The notes under the pieces: model-generated
What the model was told of the DNA's origin: nothing
What the model saw: the letters and a program-made list of their open reading frames with translations, nothing else
The model's database searches: none
Shown here: one piece after another, positions 9,664-19,200 of the stretch
Layout of the letters: each line of letters starts with the position of its first letter
Position numbering within the stretch: the first letter of the stretch is position 1
IMG/VR virus record: IMGVR_UViG_3300026522_000846
Strand: one strand, 5' to 3'
Length of the DNA stretch: 27,852 bases
Source of the DNA: an uncultured virus (IMG/VR IMGVR_UViG_3300026522_000846)
Taxonomy: Duplodnaviria; Heunggongvirae; Uroviricota; Caudoviricetes
Program-made: the position numbers and the translations under genes

Positions 9664-9903
9664 TTACTGCTCAACACTAGAATCAGTGTCACTGTTATAC
9701 AGAGAATTGATTGCTTTTGTGGTGCTCTGTGTTGCCTTATGTGTTGTGCTAACGAACATATTCTTTACAATTACAAGCACAACGATAGCGACAATGACCA
9801 GACCAACAACGGTGGTGATCTCCATACCACCTTTCTCTCCTCTTTCTCTCCTTTCCTTTGCCTTAAGATAAGCGTTTCTTGTTTTCTCACGGATCCAATT
9901 CAT
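9664..9903 (-). CDS. Flp-like major pilin (79 aa)
   Basis: Start at MNWIREK (GAAAGGAAG RBS); basic leader, GEKG-GMEITTVVGLVIVAIVVLVIV helix, short C-terminus. Confidence 0.75.
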   Translation of the reverse strand: MNWIREKTRNAYLKAKERRERGEKGGMEITTVVGLVIVAIVVLVIVKNMFVSTTHKATQSTTKAINSLYNSDTDSSVEQ

Positions 9904-9980
9904 TTTCTTCTTCCTTTCTTTGTTAAAAATATGAATTACTCCATTAAACAAGGAAAAATCCCTGTTTCGTTTTCTAAATT

Positions 9981-10000
9981 TTTATGAATAAAACGTAAGT
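9981..10000 (-). promoter_or_regulatory. Conserved upstream motif, copy 3
   Basis: TTTATGAATAAAACGTAAGT, about 80 bp upstream of the pilin start. Confidence 0.65.
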
Positions 10001-10017
10001 ATCATTTTTTTACTGTT

Positions 10018-10899
10018 TTATCCGAATATTCCCTGCATCGTCATGACCTGCATCATACCGAACATCATCAGGAAGAACATAAGAGCAAAGAACACGAGCG
10101 ATGCCAGACCCATTTTCTGGTCAAGGTCGTTTTCCTCTGCCATGCCTTCCGCTTCAGACATTGAGTTTACCTGTGACATCATATCTTCGAGATACTTATC
10201 GCTTATGCCATAAAGCTGATAGTTCTGTAAAAAGATTTTCAGGTTCATGACGTTTATGTTTTTGAACTTGTTTCCGAACGCTTCTATAGCGTCAAGATTG
10301 GAAACATTCTGATTACCAAAATCATTTATAAGTTCATCTATTGCCTTCTTGAACCTCTTATTCTTTATCAGCGGTTCACACGACATCAGAGCGTCTACAA
10401 TGAACACATTCGCTTCAAGCTGCACTCTCAAATTCATAAGGAGCATGAATACGTCTTTCTGTATCTCTCTGTTGTCCTGTGAATTCATTACCCTCATCAG
10501 AGCGTCAAGACCTATAAATCCTGCAAGAAATCCGAATATGAAATACTTCCCAAAAAGGACTTCCGTACCTGCACCGATGATGGCACCGAAAAGAAGCATG
10601 AGAAGTATGTATGTAGCCGGGGTTATCGGCAGGTCATGGAATCTATCCTGTATGCCTGTCTGGATTATGTATCTCTTGAACCCTCTTACGCCGTCAGTCT
10701 TTATTACTTTTTTAAGAGCATTGTCTAGTCCGGTTATCGTTGACTTCTGACGTTCTTCGGTGAATGCCCGAATACATACGGAAACCACTATGATCGCTCC
10801 GAACACGGCGACTCCTACCATTGATATGATTTTAAGTACCTGAAGCACCGTCCTGACCTCGGGCGTCGTTTCAAGCACTTTTATTCCAAAATTCAGCAT
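10018..10899 (-). CDS. tadC: TadC-like (T2SS F domain) pilus platform protein
   Basis: TM-soluble-TM layout; second of two paralogue-like membrane genes after cpaF; GAGGTGG RBS before MLNFG. Confidence 0.7.
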   Translation of the reverse strand: MLNFGIKVLETTPEVRTVLQVLKIISMVGVAVFGAIIVVSVCIRAFTEERQKSTITGLDNALKKVIKTDGVRGFKRYIIQTGIQDRFHDLPITPATYILLMLLFGAIIGAGTEVLFGKYFIFGFLAGFIGLDALMRVMNSQDNREIQKDVFMLLMNLRVQLEANVFIVDALMSCEPLIKNKRFKKAIDELINDFGNQNVSNLDAIEAFGNKFKNINVMNLKIFLQNYQLYGISDKYLEDMMSQVNSMSEAEGMAEENDLDQKMGLASLVFFALMFFLMMFGMMQVMTMQGIFG

Positions 10900-10916
10900 A
10901 AAACCACCTCGTTCCA

Positions 10917-11873
10917 TTAATCCGGAGAGACTGTCATAACGAGAACCGACAAAACGACCATTCCTGCAATAAGCATTACGCCGATGGGACTTGAAATCAC
11001 TACGGATAGAAATCCGTCATAAAATCCATTACATGATATAAGTGCCACAACGCCGAGAACACCAAGCAGTATTCCGTTCGCTCTTGCGTTTCTTATGATC
11101 GCCTTCTTTTTCTCAAGATTGTTGTTATAAATGATCAGCGTTTTTGAGAGCGATTTTATCGTCTTTTCGTATTCTCCCGATGTTTCGGAACAGATATACA
11201 GGTTATTGACGACCGAATAAAACTCATCCGATGCACTCCTGTCTCTCAAATGTGCTATTGCTTTCCTCTTGTCGTTTGTCGTATTGGCTTCGGTAACACA
11301 CGCTTCAAGCATTGAGCGGAGCGGTTCATCCATACTCGGATAAATATCCTGAAAGATGGAAATTATGTCAGCCTGTCCTGCCGAACTCGACATACACGAA
11401 TTGATAAAGGGCAGAAGTTCCGTATCTATTTTCATCTTCCGTCTGCCGATCAGCGTACGTCCCGTCTGGAGTACGATCACAAAGACGACCGCCACGACTA
11501 TCAGTCCATCGGTAGCCGAACCTGTTATAGCTCCGACAACGAGACCAATGATAAGAAGTATCATTCCAAGCCATGCCAGAATGGATATCTCGTTTGCTCC
11601 GGGAAAGGTTTCCATGATTCCCGTCTGCGCTATGAACCTGAACACCTTTTCACCGAACGAGAATTTGACATTATGAACACCCTGCCGTTCAGCCTTGATC
11701 TTCTTTTTCAGGGCGTGTCTTTTTATTTCTGCAACTTCTTTGATGTTTCCGCTTATCTTCGCACCAAGGATCTGCAAGACCTGATCTTCTATCAGCCATT
11801 TTATAAGGTGATAGACAAAGAATATGATGGAGGCTATGAGCAGCCCCCATAATACATAAATCGTGCTTTCCAT
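10917..11873 (-). CDS. tadB: TadB-like (T2SS F domain) pilus platform protein
   Basis: TM segments flank ELLPFIN...MDEPLRSMLE...ETSG; directly after the ATPase gene. Confidence 0.75.
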   Translation of the reverse strand: MESTIYVLWGLLIASIIFFVYHLIKWLIEDQVLQILGAKISGNIKEVAEIKRHALKKKIKAERQGVHNVKFSFGEKVFRFIAQTGIMETFPGANEISILAWLGMILLIIGLVVGAITGSATDGLIVVAVVFVIVLQTGRTLIGRRKMKIDTELLPFINSCMSSSAGQADIISIFQDIYPSMDEPLRSMLEACVTEANTTNDKRKAIAHLRDRSASDEFYSVVNNLYICSETSGEYEKTIKSLSKTLIIYNNNLEKKKAIIRNARANGILLGVLGVVALISCNGFYDGFLSVVISSPIGVMLIAGMVVLSVLVMTVSPD

Positions 11874-11887
11874 CGTACCGCCCTTTC

Positions 11888-13411
11888 TTAAAATGCCATC
11901 ATCTGGAATGAAGAACTACCGTTATCATCTGTCGTGGACTCCTGTTCTCGCATAGGAACGGGAACCGTTCCATTCGTATCATCTTCACTCGATATGTTTG
12001 AGTTCGATATTTGTTCTTCTACAAACTTTGGTTCTCCATCACGTTCAGAGCCTACGACCGTAGGTCGAATGTCCAAATCCTGAACTTTTGTATCGCCTGA
12101 ATTTTCATTCTGTGAAAGCTCCGTTATTTCCTTACCGTCAGCTCCTATGCGGTTTATTCCCAGATCCTCATTTACAACGTCATGGAAGTCGAAGAACCCC
12201 TCGGCGTTCGGATCAAACTTTGCCGTAACGATCTGTGATATGTGATAGTCCTTAACATAAATGACCGTATCCATAGCCTGAAACTGATTGGCATACTGTT
12301 TAGCCGTCATCTTGGAATCCGACTCCATAGCGTAGTCGATCATCTTCTGATATCCGTCATGTGCGGAAATCGAATGCACGGATGTCATGCACTGGGAACC
12401 GGTATAGGTGGCATAGGCGATCTGTGCAGCTTCCGGACCTTTTACCTCACCGATAACGATGATGTCAAAGGATTCCATAAGGGCAAGCCTGCCAAGGTCA
12501 ACGATCGAATAAGAGATATTACTGTTATTCTTCTTCGGAACTATACGCCTGAATATCATTTCGGGGTGGTCGTCACAGAACAGCTCTTCCGATTCCTGTA
12601 TAACATCGCACGATCTGTTCTGGGGCGTAACGTCAAGCACGGCATTGATGAGTGTTGTTTTCCCTGAACCGTTCGGTCCGCATATAAGAAAGCTGTGTCC
12701 CGAAAGCCATCTGTTCGTTATCCATATCTTCTCCGCCAGTGTCATATATTCATCTTTTACAAGCGTATCGAACGTTTTCTTATGCTTCAGTATCTTTCTT
12801 ATGAGAAGTGTTGGTCTGTCGTTCGTATTCACAAGGTCTGACACAAGTGAAAACCTGAGAATTGAATTCTCTGACGAATCCTTATCCGTAAATACCTGTG
12901 CAGCGTTTGAAATCGCTGTATTTGTATTGTTTCGTGTCGTAATATGCTCGATAAACCGAATGTATGCTTCCTTTGAGGGGAATCTGATCGGATCACCGTT
13001 CTTATCCGTTGCAGCCATTCGTTTACCGCGTTTCTTTACCCTGATGTCGTTCTCGTTGATGAGTCGAATGTCGGAAACAGAGTCATCATTATTGATAAGG
13101 TCGTCTATGATGTCGAACCCCCACAGAGCCTTATCGATATCATCAGCAACGGCTTTTACCACATCATCTGATATTCCACGCTTTTTACCGTCCTCTACGA
13201 TCTTCTGACGGAAGTCCTTCCGTTTCAGCGTCTTTCTCTGCACCTGTATGTAGATACGGTTCGTGGGATCGTCGATATAGTCACGCCATATCTTCTCGAA
13301 CTCTTTACGTTCGGACTCTTTACGCTGTTCTTCATCTGATGGAATGGATCTTTGATCCATTCCTAGGAACGGTTCTTTTAGAACCGTTCCACTGTTCGTA
13401 ATGTTGTTCAC
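11888..13411 (-). CDS. cpaF: CpaF/TadA (VirB11-like) pilus assembly ATPase
   Basis: LINNDDSVSDI, Walker A GPNGSGKTT, QESEEL, IVIGEVKG, MTSVH; GTG start overlaps the upstream TGA. Confidence 0.9.
   Translation of the reverse strand: MNNITNSGTVLKEPFLGMDQRSIPSDEEQRKESERKEFEKIWRDYIDDPTNRIYIQVQRKTLKRKDFRQKIVEDGKKRGISDDVVKAVADDIDKALWGFDIIDDLINNDDSVSDIRLINENDIRVKKRGKRMAATDKNGDPIRFPSKEAYIRFIEHITTRNNTNTAISNAAQVFTDKDSSENSILRFSLVSDLVNTNDRPTLLIRKILKHKKTFDTLVKDEYMTLAEKIWITNRWLSGHSFLICGPNGSGKTTLINAVLDVTPQNRSCDVIQESEELFCDDHPEMIFRRIVPKKNNSNISYSIVDLGRLALMESFDIIVIGEVKGPEAAQIAYATYTGSQCMTSVHSISAHDGYQKMIDYAMESDSKMTAKQYANQFQAMDTVIYVKDYHISQIVTAKFDPNAEGFFDFHDVVNEDLGINRIGADGKEITELSQNENSGDTKVQDLDIRPTVVGSERDGEPKFVEEQISNSNISSEDDTNGTVPVPMREQESTTDDNGSSSFQMMAF
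12043..12073 (+). repeat. Palindromic element type II, partial copy in the cpaF C-terminal tail
   Basis: GTTCAGAGcctAcGACCGTAGGTCGAA versus GTTCAGAGTTAAAGACCGTAGGTCGAA. Confidence 0.75.
13340..13391. repeat. Palindromic element type I in the cpaF 5' coding region
   Basis: GGAATGGATC-TTT-GATCCATTCC-TA-GGAACGGTTCT-TTT-AGAACCGTTCC; encodes GTVLKEPFLGMDQRSIP. Confidence 0.92.
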
Positions 13412-14022
13412 CTTGCACCCCCTTCCTCTACTGAAGAATTAGAATTCACAGGACGAACTTCTGAATCTTTGCGAAGCAAAGGTTCAGAGTTAAAGACCGT
13501 AGGTCGAACTTCTTTTTTCCTTATTGTTCCGTCAGCATTTATCTGACATCGGCATGAAACAAGCTCTCCGTCTTTTCCGTTCAGTCCTTCGATCTTGAAC
13601 ACATCATGCGATGTGATGTTCTTCTTCTGTCTCACTCTCGGAACGACAAGCTGTCCGTTCTTCAATTCTCCCTTCAAAAACAGAAGTGAACCTGTATGCC
13701 CCGCAAGACGCATGACGGCATTTTCCTTTGACTTCGCAAAGCCCGCCTCTGTATATTCAAGAAGATAAAGATACAGCCGTCCGTCTGTATGACGCTGAAT
13801 ATGTCCGTGAAGTGAAAGGATGTCGAACGGTTTTTTCCTGGTAAACTCATCCTTGCCGTCGGAATCGGCAAGCACGACATCGATCTCGGCTAATCTAACA
13901 TTGGGATAATGTTCTGTTAAAAAGTAGAACGGAACCGTTATCCGCCATACATCCTTATTCACTTTCATTTTTGGTGACTCGCTTATAAACCCAAACAGGT
14001 AGCAGTCATTGTATGTCTCCAT
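13408..14022 (-). CDS. Hypothetical protein, possibly a divergent SSB-like OB fold
   Basis: GAAAGGA RBS; NDCYLFGFISESP and DILSLHGHIQR loosely recall SSB motifs, so the product call is weak. Confidence 0.55.
   Translation of the reverse strand: METYNDCYLFGFISESPKMKVNKDVWRITVPFYFLTEHYPNVRLAEIDVVLADSDGKDEFTRKKPFDILSLHGHIQRHTDGRLYLYLLEYTEAGFAKSKENAVMRLAGHTGSLLFLKGELKNGQLVVPRVRQKKNITSHDVFKIEGLNGKDGELVSCRCQINADGTIRKKEVRPTVFNSEPLLRKDSEVRPVNSNSSVEEGGAR
13450..13513 (+). repeat. Palindromic element type II, full copy in the 204-aa CDS
   Basis: AGGACGAACT-TCTGAATCTTTGC-GAA-GCAAAGGTTCAGA-GTTAAA-GACC-GTA-GGTC-GAACTTCT; end repeats 51 nt apart. Confidence 0.92.
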
Positions 14023-14040
14023 GTAATTCCTTTCTCGGTT

Positions 14041-14208
14041 CTATTTCATAAACTTCATTTCACCTAGCACTACGCTCCCGTGCTTAAGGAATTTCAGAAC
14101 GTCCGCAAAGATTCCGGTTCGCCAAAAAACCCATCCGCAGCCGATCACCAGAAGCAACAGGAAACCAGGTAGAGCCTTCGACAGTACCCCGGAAAGAACA
14201 GACCTCAT
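14041..14208 (-). CDS. Small membrane protein (55 aa), below the ORF-track cutoff
   Basis: Hand translation MRSVLSGVLSKALPGFLLLLVIGCGWVFWRTGIFADVLKFLKHGSVVLGEMKFMK; fills the operon gap; weak RBS. Confidence 0.5.
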   Translation of the reverse strand: MRSVLSGVLSKALPGFLLLLVIGCGWVFWRTGIFADVLKFLKHGSVVLGEMKFMK

Positions 14209-14241
14209 GCGGACTGTTTTCTTTCCGGATTGTCGTTTCTT

Positions 14242-15450
14242 TCAATTCTCGTATGGCACAAGTTCGGCAGAAACCATTGAGTTGCCGTCAACAACGCCCT
14301 TCTTTCTGTCAGTTCTCTTTATGGCGATCTGTGTCATGTGTCCGTCTGCTGTCTGGATAGCAACATCGCCATTACCGTACATTCTCATGTCGCAGAAGTT
14401 CTCGACCTTGTGGATGTAAACGAAGTTTGCACCGAAGGGGAATACCTCAAGCTGTCCGGTCACGCCCTGTCCTGCATCGTAGTAGAAACGAATGTGTCCG
14501 CAACCGATAATGTCAGCGGAAGGGTTCTGACCGCCATGCTTTACGATATGCATCCTGTCACCTCTCTGCTGTGTTTCTCCGGTCAGCATTACGTTCACGG
14601 TAAACTTGCCGTTTTCGATAGAGCCTGTGATGAGGAAGTCATTACCGCCAATGGATGTTTTTATCATGTTTCCTGTCTCACGGTTATAAGAGCAAGCGAA
14701 TACAGGCTCGGCGTTCGGGATAGCGAGGACTACAAAGATAGGTGTGTTGCTGCTGTCATCAGTTGTCAGGGGATATGCCGTGACGATGACCTCATCGTGT
14801 CTCTGTCCGTCAGCCGAATTTACGGTAAGAGCGACCTGATCGTACTGAAATGAGTTGAGTGTCTTTGACCGTTCTTCGGGCAGTCTGGAAGAAGTATCAG
14901 TCTCGGCTTTTGCCTTGTTGAACATATCGAACATACCTACCATTCCGAAAGAGCTGTCCTCTTTTGATACTTCTGCTGTCGGCTCTTCTACCGGTTCTTC
15001 CGATGGAGCAGAGACCGTAGGAGTATCTTCTACTGCCGATTCTTTTGCGTTCGGTGTCTCATTCTTACCCGAATTCAGATACCCTTCAAATCCAACCTCA
15101 TCAGATCCGCCATCCACAAAATCATCATCGTCACCACCGGACAAATCGTCAGGCGGGTTTGCAGCCTTTGACTCTTCATCAGCAGATGACGAACCAACAT
15201 CCTCTGTTTCCTTCGGCTTTTCATCCATGTAGGACGAGTACACGGAAGAAGCGTCATCATCATCAACGATATTGTCAAGATCTGCATTGTCGGGATCATT
15301 CACTCCACGGACATTTGCTTCAAATCCTAACGCAGTGAGTTTCTGTGCGATCTCGAAGCATTCCTTTCGTATCTCGGGATCTTTTACCTTCGCACTCTCG
15401 TGGCTTATCAGTTCCGCAATTTCGAAAAACATCATAATGTCTTCTGACAT
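14242..15450 (-). CDS. Hypothetical protein with an acidic disordered N-half and a beta-rich C-domain
   Basis: 402-aa ORF; first gene of the leftward unit. Confidence 0.75.
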   Translation of the reverse strand: MSEDIMMFFEIAELISHESAKVKDPEIRKECFEIAQKLTALGFEANVRGVNDPDNADLDNIVDDDDASSVYSSYMDEKPKETEDVGSSSADEESKAANPPDDLSGGDDDDFVDGGSDEVGFEGYLNSGKNETPNAKESAVEDTPTVSAPSEEPVEEPTAEVSKEDSSFGMVGMFDMFNKAKAETDTSSRLPEERSKTLNSFQYDQVALTVNSADGQRHDEVIVTAYPLTTDDSSNTPIFVVLAIPNAEPVFACSYNRETGNMIKTSIGGNDFLITGSIENGKFTVNVMLTGETQQRGDRMHIVKHGGQNPSADIIGCGHIRFYYDAGQGVTGQLEVFPFGANFVYIHKVENFCDMRMYGNGDVAIQTADGHMTQIAIKRTDRKKGVVDGNSMVSAELVPYEN

Positions 15451-15567
15451 AGGTCAAACCCTTGACTCTATGCCTTTCTCCTTTCTTTGAGAAACAACTT
15501 TAACTTTTCCAAACGGTCTTATGACCGCTCTTTTCTCCCCGTTGGAGAGAACCTTTTAACCTTCTGC

Positions 15568-15603
15568 AAAATATATGAGTAAAACGTTAAGTGCACTTTT
15601 GAA
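15568..15603 (-). promoter_or_regulatory. Conserved upstream motif, copy 4
   Basis: 35/36 identical to 7176-7211; about 120 bp upstream of the Tad operon's first gene. Confidence 0.75.
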
Positions 15604-15668
15604 GATTTACATTCTGTTTGGATAAGGTGGATATGGGTAGAGTTTGAACAGAGTTTGAAATGGAATTT

Positions 15669-15722
15669 GAAGTTCTGTCTATGGTCTTTAACTCTTTACC
15701 CTTGCTTTACAAAGGTTCAGAA
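15669..15722 (-). repeat. Palindromic element type II, degenerate inverted copy
   Basis: GAAGTTCtgtCTAtGGTCTTTAACTCTttACCcTTGCTTtaCAAAGgTTCAGAA aligns to the reverse complement of 13459-13512. Confidence 0.75.
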
Positions 15723-15970
15723 ACAAAGTTTAGAACAAAGTTTGAAACGGAACTTAAGACAGAGTTTAAAGGTAGATTGGATAAAGAAATAGGGATAGGT
15801 TAAGAGATAGATTATAAGGATGGGTTAAGGGGCATAGAGTGTAAGGGTAGGTTTAAGGATAGGTTTAGGAAAGGATGTGTAGGACAGGGTATAGGAATTG
15901 TTTGGAAGGTTGATTGGAAGATGGTTTAAGGATGGGTTAAAGGTAGGTTGGAAGTATGGGTATGAAAAGC
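15721..15970. repeat. Degenerate 11-12 bp tandem array, strongly C-depleted on the + strand
   Basis: Units such as AAACAAAGTTTA, GAACAAAGTTTG, AGACAGAGTTTA, AAGGGTAGGTTT, AAGGATAGGTTT, AAGGATGGGTTA. Confidence 0.65.
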
Positions 15971-16221
15971 ATGAGAGAATGCAGCTTTGAATTGGTACAT
16001 ATAGGAAACGCATTTTTTGCACAACATTTCCGAAAATATTTCGTTAGTTCGTTAAAGCGTTAAAGTGCGTAAAATAAGGGTTAATTTTGTGCAAAAAGTG
16101 CGAAATGTATATGTACCAAGTCAAGTCTGCAAAAAATTTCCCAAACTTTTGTCTTTCGCTTAAAAAATTACGCATAGAAAATGTGTAAGGCGAAAACAAA
16201 CACAGAAAGGAATCTTTTGCA

Positions 16222-19200
16222 ATGTACGGAGCATGGCATGTGCATTTTGAATCACCAAACGATACAGGCAACGTTTTGGATGAGATGTTAGATGAGTTTG
16301 AGAGTGTCGGTGCAAAAAAGGTAACAGTTACTGAACACGATGTTTTCACTTCCTTTGTTGAACTGAAAGACAAGTGCAGGGACAGGTCTGTCAAGGTGAT
16401 ACCCGGTGTAGAGGGAACGATGACGGATGTTATAGACGGATTCCCCCTCCACAATGCTCACATGGTTCTGGTGGCAAAAGACAAGGTGGGTTATCGTTCC
16501 CTGTCCAAGATCATCACGGATGCAAACAAGCACTTCTCTCTTCATTCGGAGGATAAGCGTCCTATCATCACATGGGAGAATCTGGAAAAGAATGTTGCAA
16601 AGGGACACATCTTTATGTCTTCTGCCTGTATTCAGGGAATTTTTGGTCAGATCGTAAAGTCCCCCGACATCACAAAACAGGAACTTACCAAAAAGGCGGA
16701 AAGGAAACTTGGTCTTACCGCAGAAGAGGTCGAACATATCCTTGCAGTTGAAAGTGAACTGTCTGAAAAGAAAAAGGCAAAGACTATTACCGCAGATGAA
16801 ACAAAGGTTTATAAGGACAATCACAAACTGTATCTGCATTACAAACGCTATAAGACGGAAATCGAAAAGGTCAATGAAATACCCGTCCTTTCCAAGGAAC
16901 GCATCCTCGAATTATGTTCCAAGGCTTATGACAAGCTGTGTTCCATTTTCGGAAAAGACTTCGTGTATTTTGAATTGCAGAATCACGGATTACCATCAGA
17001 GAAACAGATATATTCCACGATCGCACGGTTACCGCAGGTTCACATGGACAATGTTCTTCTTACGAACGATATCCATGTCGGGAAAGTACATCCGACAGAG
17101 ACTGATTTTCTCCGCAGGAATGTGGCACAATACAGCCGGTATCATACTGTATGGGAAATCACCGACGCAGACAAGGAATTATACATCAAAGATGACGAAG
17201 ATCTGATGAACGCTGTCAGAGAACTTCCCTCTCTGCCTGATGGTATCGTTGAATGTGGTATGGAGAATGTAAAGAAAGTTCTCTCTTCCTGTGAAACGGA
17301 TTATCTGTATGAAAAGTCAGAAGGACATTATCCAAAGTTTTCCGACCATGCTGAAGATGACCTGAAAGCCTGTGTAGAGATCGGAAAGAAAGAGAGATTC
17401 CCGAACGGATTCCCGTCAAAGGAATACGATGAGCGGTTAAAGCACGAACTCGATGTCATCTGCGGAATGGGATATGCCGACTATCATCTCATTGTTCAGG
17501 ATTATGTGAACTGGACAAAGAAGTACGGATATTGCGTTGACTTCTTCCGTGACCATGAAATCGACTTTACATCTGACCTTACCAACCAAACCATCTGTCT
17601 TGACAATTCTTCCATGACCTATCAGGGAGTCGTTCCGACTATGGCAGAACTCGATGAAACGATTGAGAAATTCCATATCCCCGAACAGGGAATAAACATG
17701 GGTCCTGGACGTGGTTCTGCGGTCTCATCTCTGGTCTGCTATCTTCTCGGAATTTCCGATATAGATCCCGTTCGCTATCACCTACTCTTTGAACGGTTCT
17801 TAAACCCTGAACGAAAGAGCATGCCTGATATCGACTGTGACTTCCGTCCCGATCTTCGTGGGAAAGCCATTGAATACACCAAGATGAAGTACGGTGAGAA
17901 CTCTACCTGCAAGATCATCACAAAGACCTACGGTGCATTGGCAGGTAACATCCGTCTGGCTGCACGGTATCTGGGAACAAAGGAATACGACAAGCTCCCT
18001 TTGATCAAACAGATGGAGATCAAAGAAAGCACATTCCTGAAACCGTGGTACAACGCTGCCGACAGACTGTCGAAGTCTATCGACAAAGACGGAAACATTA
18101 CGGACACTGGTTCTTTTAACAAAATGGAACAGGAAATATTTGACCTTGCAGAAAGTCTATCGGGCTTGTTCCTGTCCTTTGGTCAGCACGCAGGCGGAAA
18201 CATTATCAGCCGTGATGACATTACGGACTCCATGCCTTTGTTCTGGAACAGTAAAAAACAGAACTTCTCTACCCAGTGCGTACATGATGAAGCCGAACAG
18301 GCAGGATTCTTAAAGATGGACTTTCTCGGTCTCATAAACTTAAATCTTCTCACGGACATGATGGAACTTACAGGCGATAACTCACTCATGGACAGGGAAA
18401 AGCGTGAGAAGATACTGAACGATCCGAAGATCTATCAGGAGATCTTTTCCACAGGCAATACACAGGGCGTATTCCAGTTCGAATCGAACGGCATGAAAGA
18501 ACTCATGCGGGAATTTCAGCCTGACTGTTTCGAAGACCTTATCCTTCTTGTCGCACTCTACAGACCCGGTCCTCTTCAGTACAAGGATGAGATCGTAGCA
18601 ACGAAATGGTACAGAAAAGGACAGGGAAAGAAGCCAACGAAAGCCATTGATATAAATAATGACGTTCTGAACCGTATTCTGGAACCGACCTACGGCTGTA
18701 TCATCTATCAGGAACAGGTCATGCAGATATTTGAATTTCTTGCCGGTTACAGCCTTGGTGATGCCGATCTTGTCCGCAGAGCTATGGCAAAGAAGAATCT
18801 GGACAAACTCACCATTGAGCGTGAGGCTTTTCTGCACGGAGATAAGAGCAGAAATATCAAAGGCGTGCAGGCGACTTTCGGATTATCAGATAACGACCTT
18901 GCTCCTTACAATGCTCTCTTCGATCAGATGTTGGACTTTGCGTCTTATGCTTTCAATAAGTCCCATGCAGCGGCTTACAGTCTGGTTTCTTTCTTCACCG
19001 CCTATTTTAAGTGCTATCATCCGGGCGAGTTTTACGCCGTGTCTCTGAATCACACGGGAACGCTTGACGAGGTTGCTCCGTTTGTGTCCGAAATGCGTAC
19101 TCTTAATAGCACAAGAATAACTCTAAAACGTCCTGATGTAAGATATGCAACGCCTGATTTTAAGTTTGATGGTAAGGACATCCTGTACGGATATACCCAC

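Noticed and set aside
10909..10920. TTAATGGAACGA (minus strand) matching a type I end; similar half-site near 9938-9947
   Set aside because: Only one arm with no hairpin; chance or a remnant cannot be distinguished.
12645..13208. Long antisense ORFs (also 14338-14853, 16288-16839, 21114-21863)
   Set aside because: They are shadows of well-supported genes on the opposite strand and show no recognisable motifs.
11888..13411. Calling the ATPase a T4SS VirB11
   Set aside because: Its adjacency to tadB, tadC, flp and cpaB fits CpaF/TadA better.
15825..16022. 65-aa minus-strand ORF in the tandem array
   Set aside because: Low-complexity Pro/Leu/Ser content is a by-product of the skewed repeat; no RBS.
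17515..17700. DnaE insertion as an intein
   Set aside because: Too short and no HN-C/S/T splice junction.
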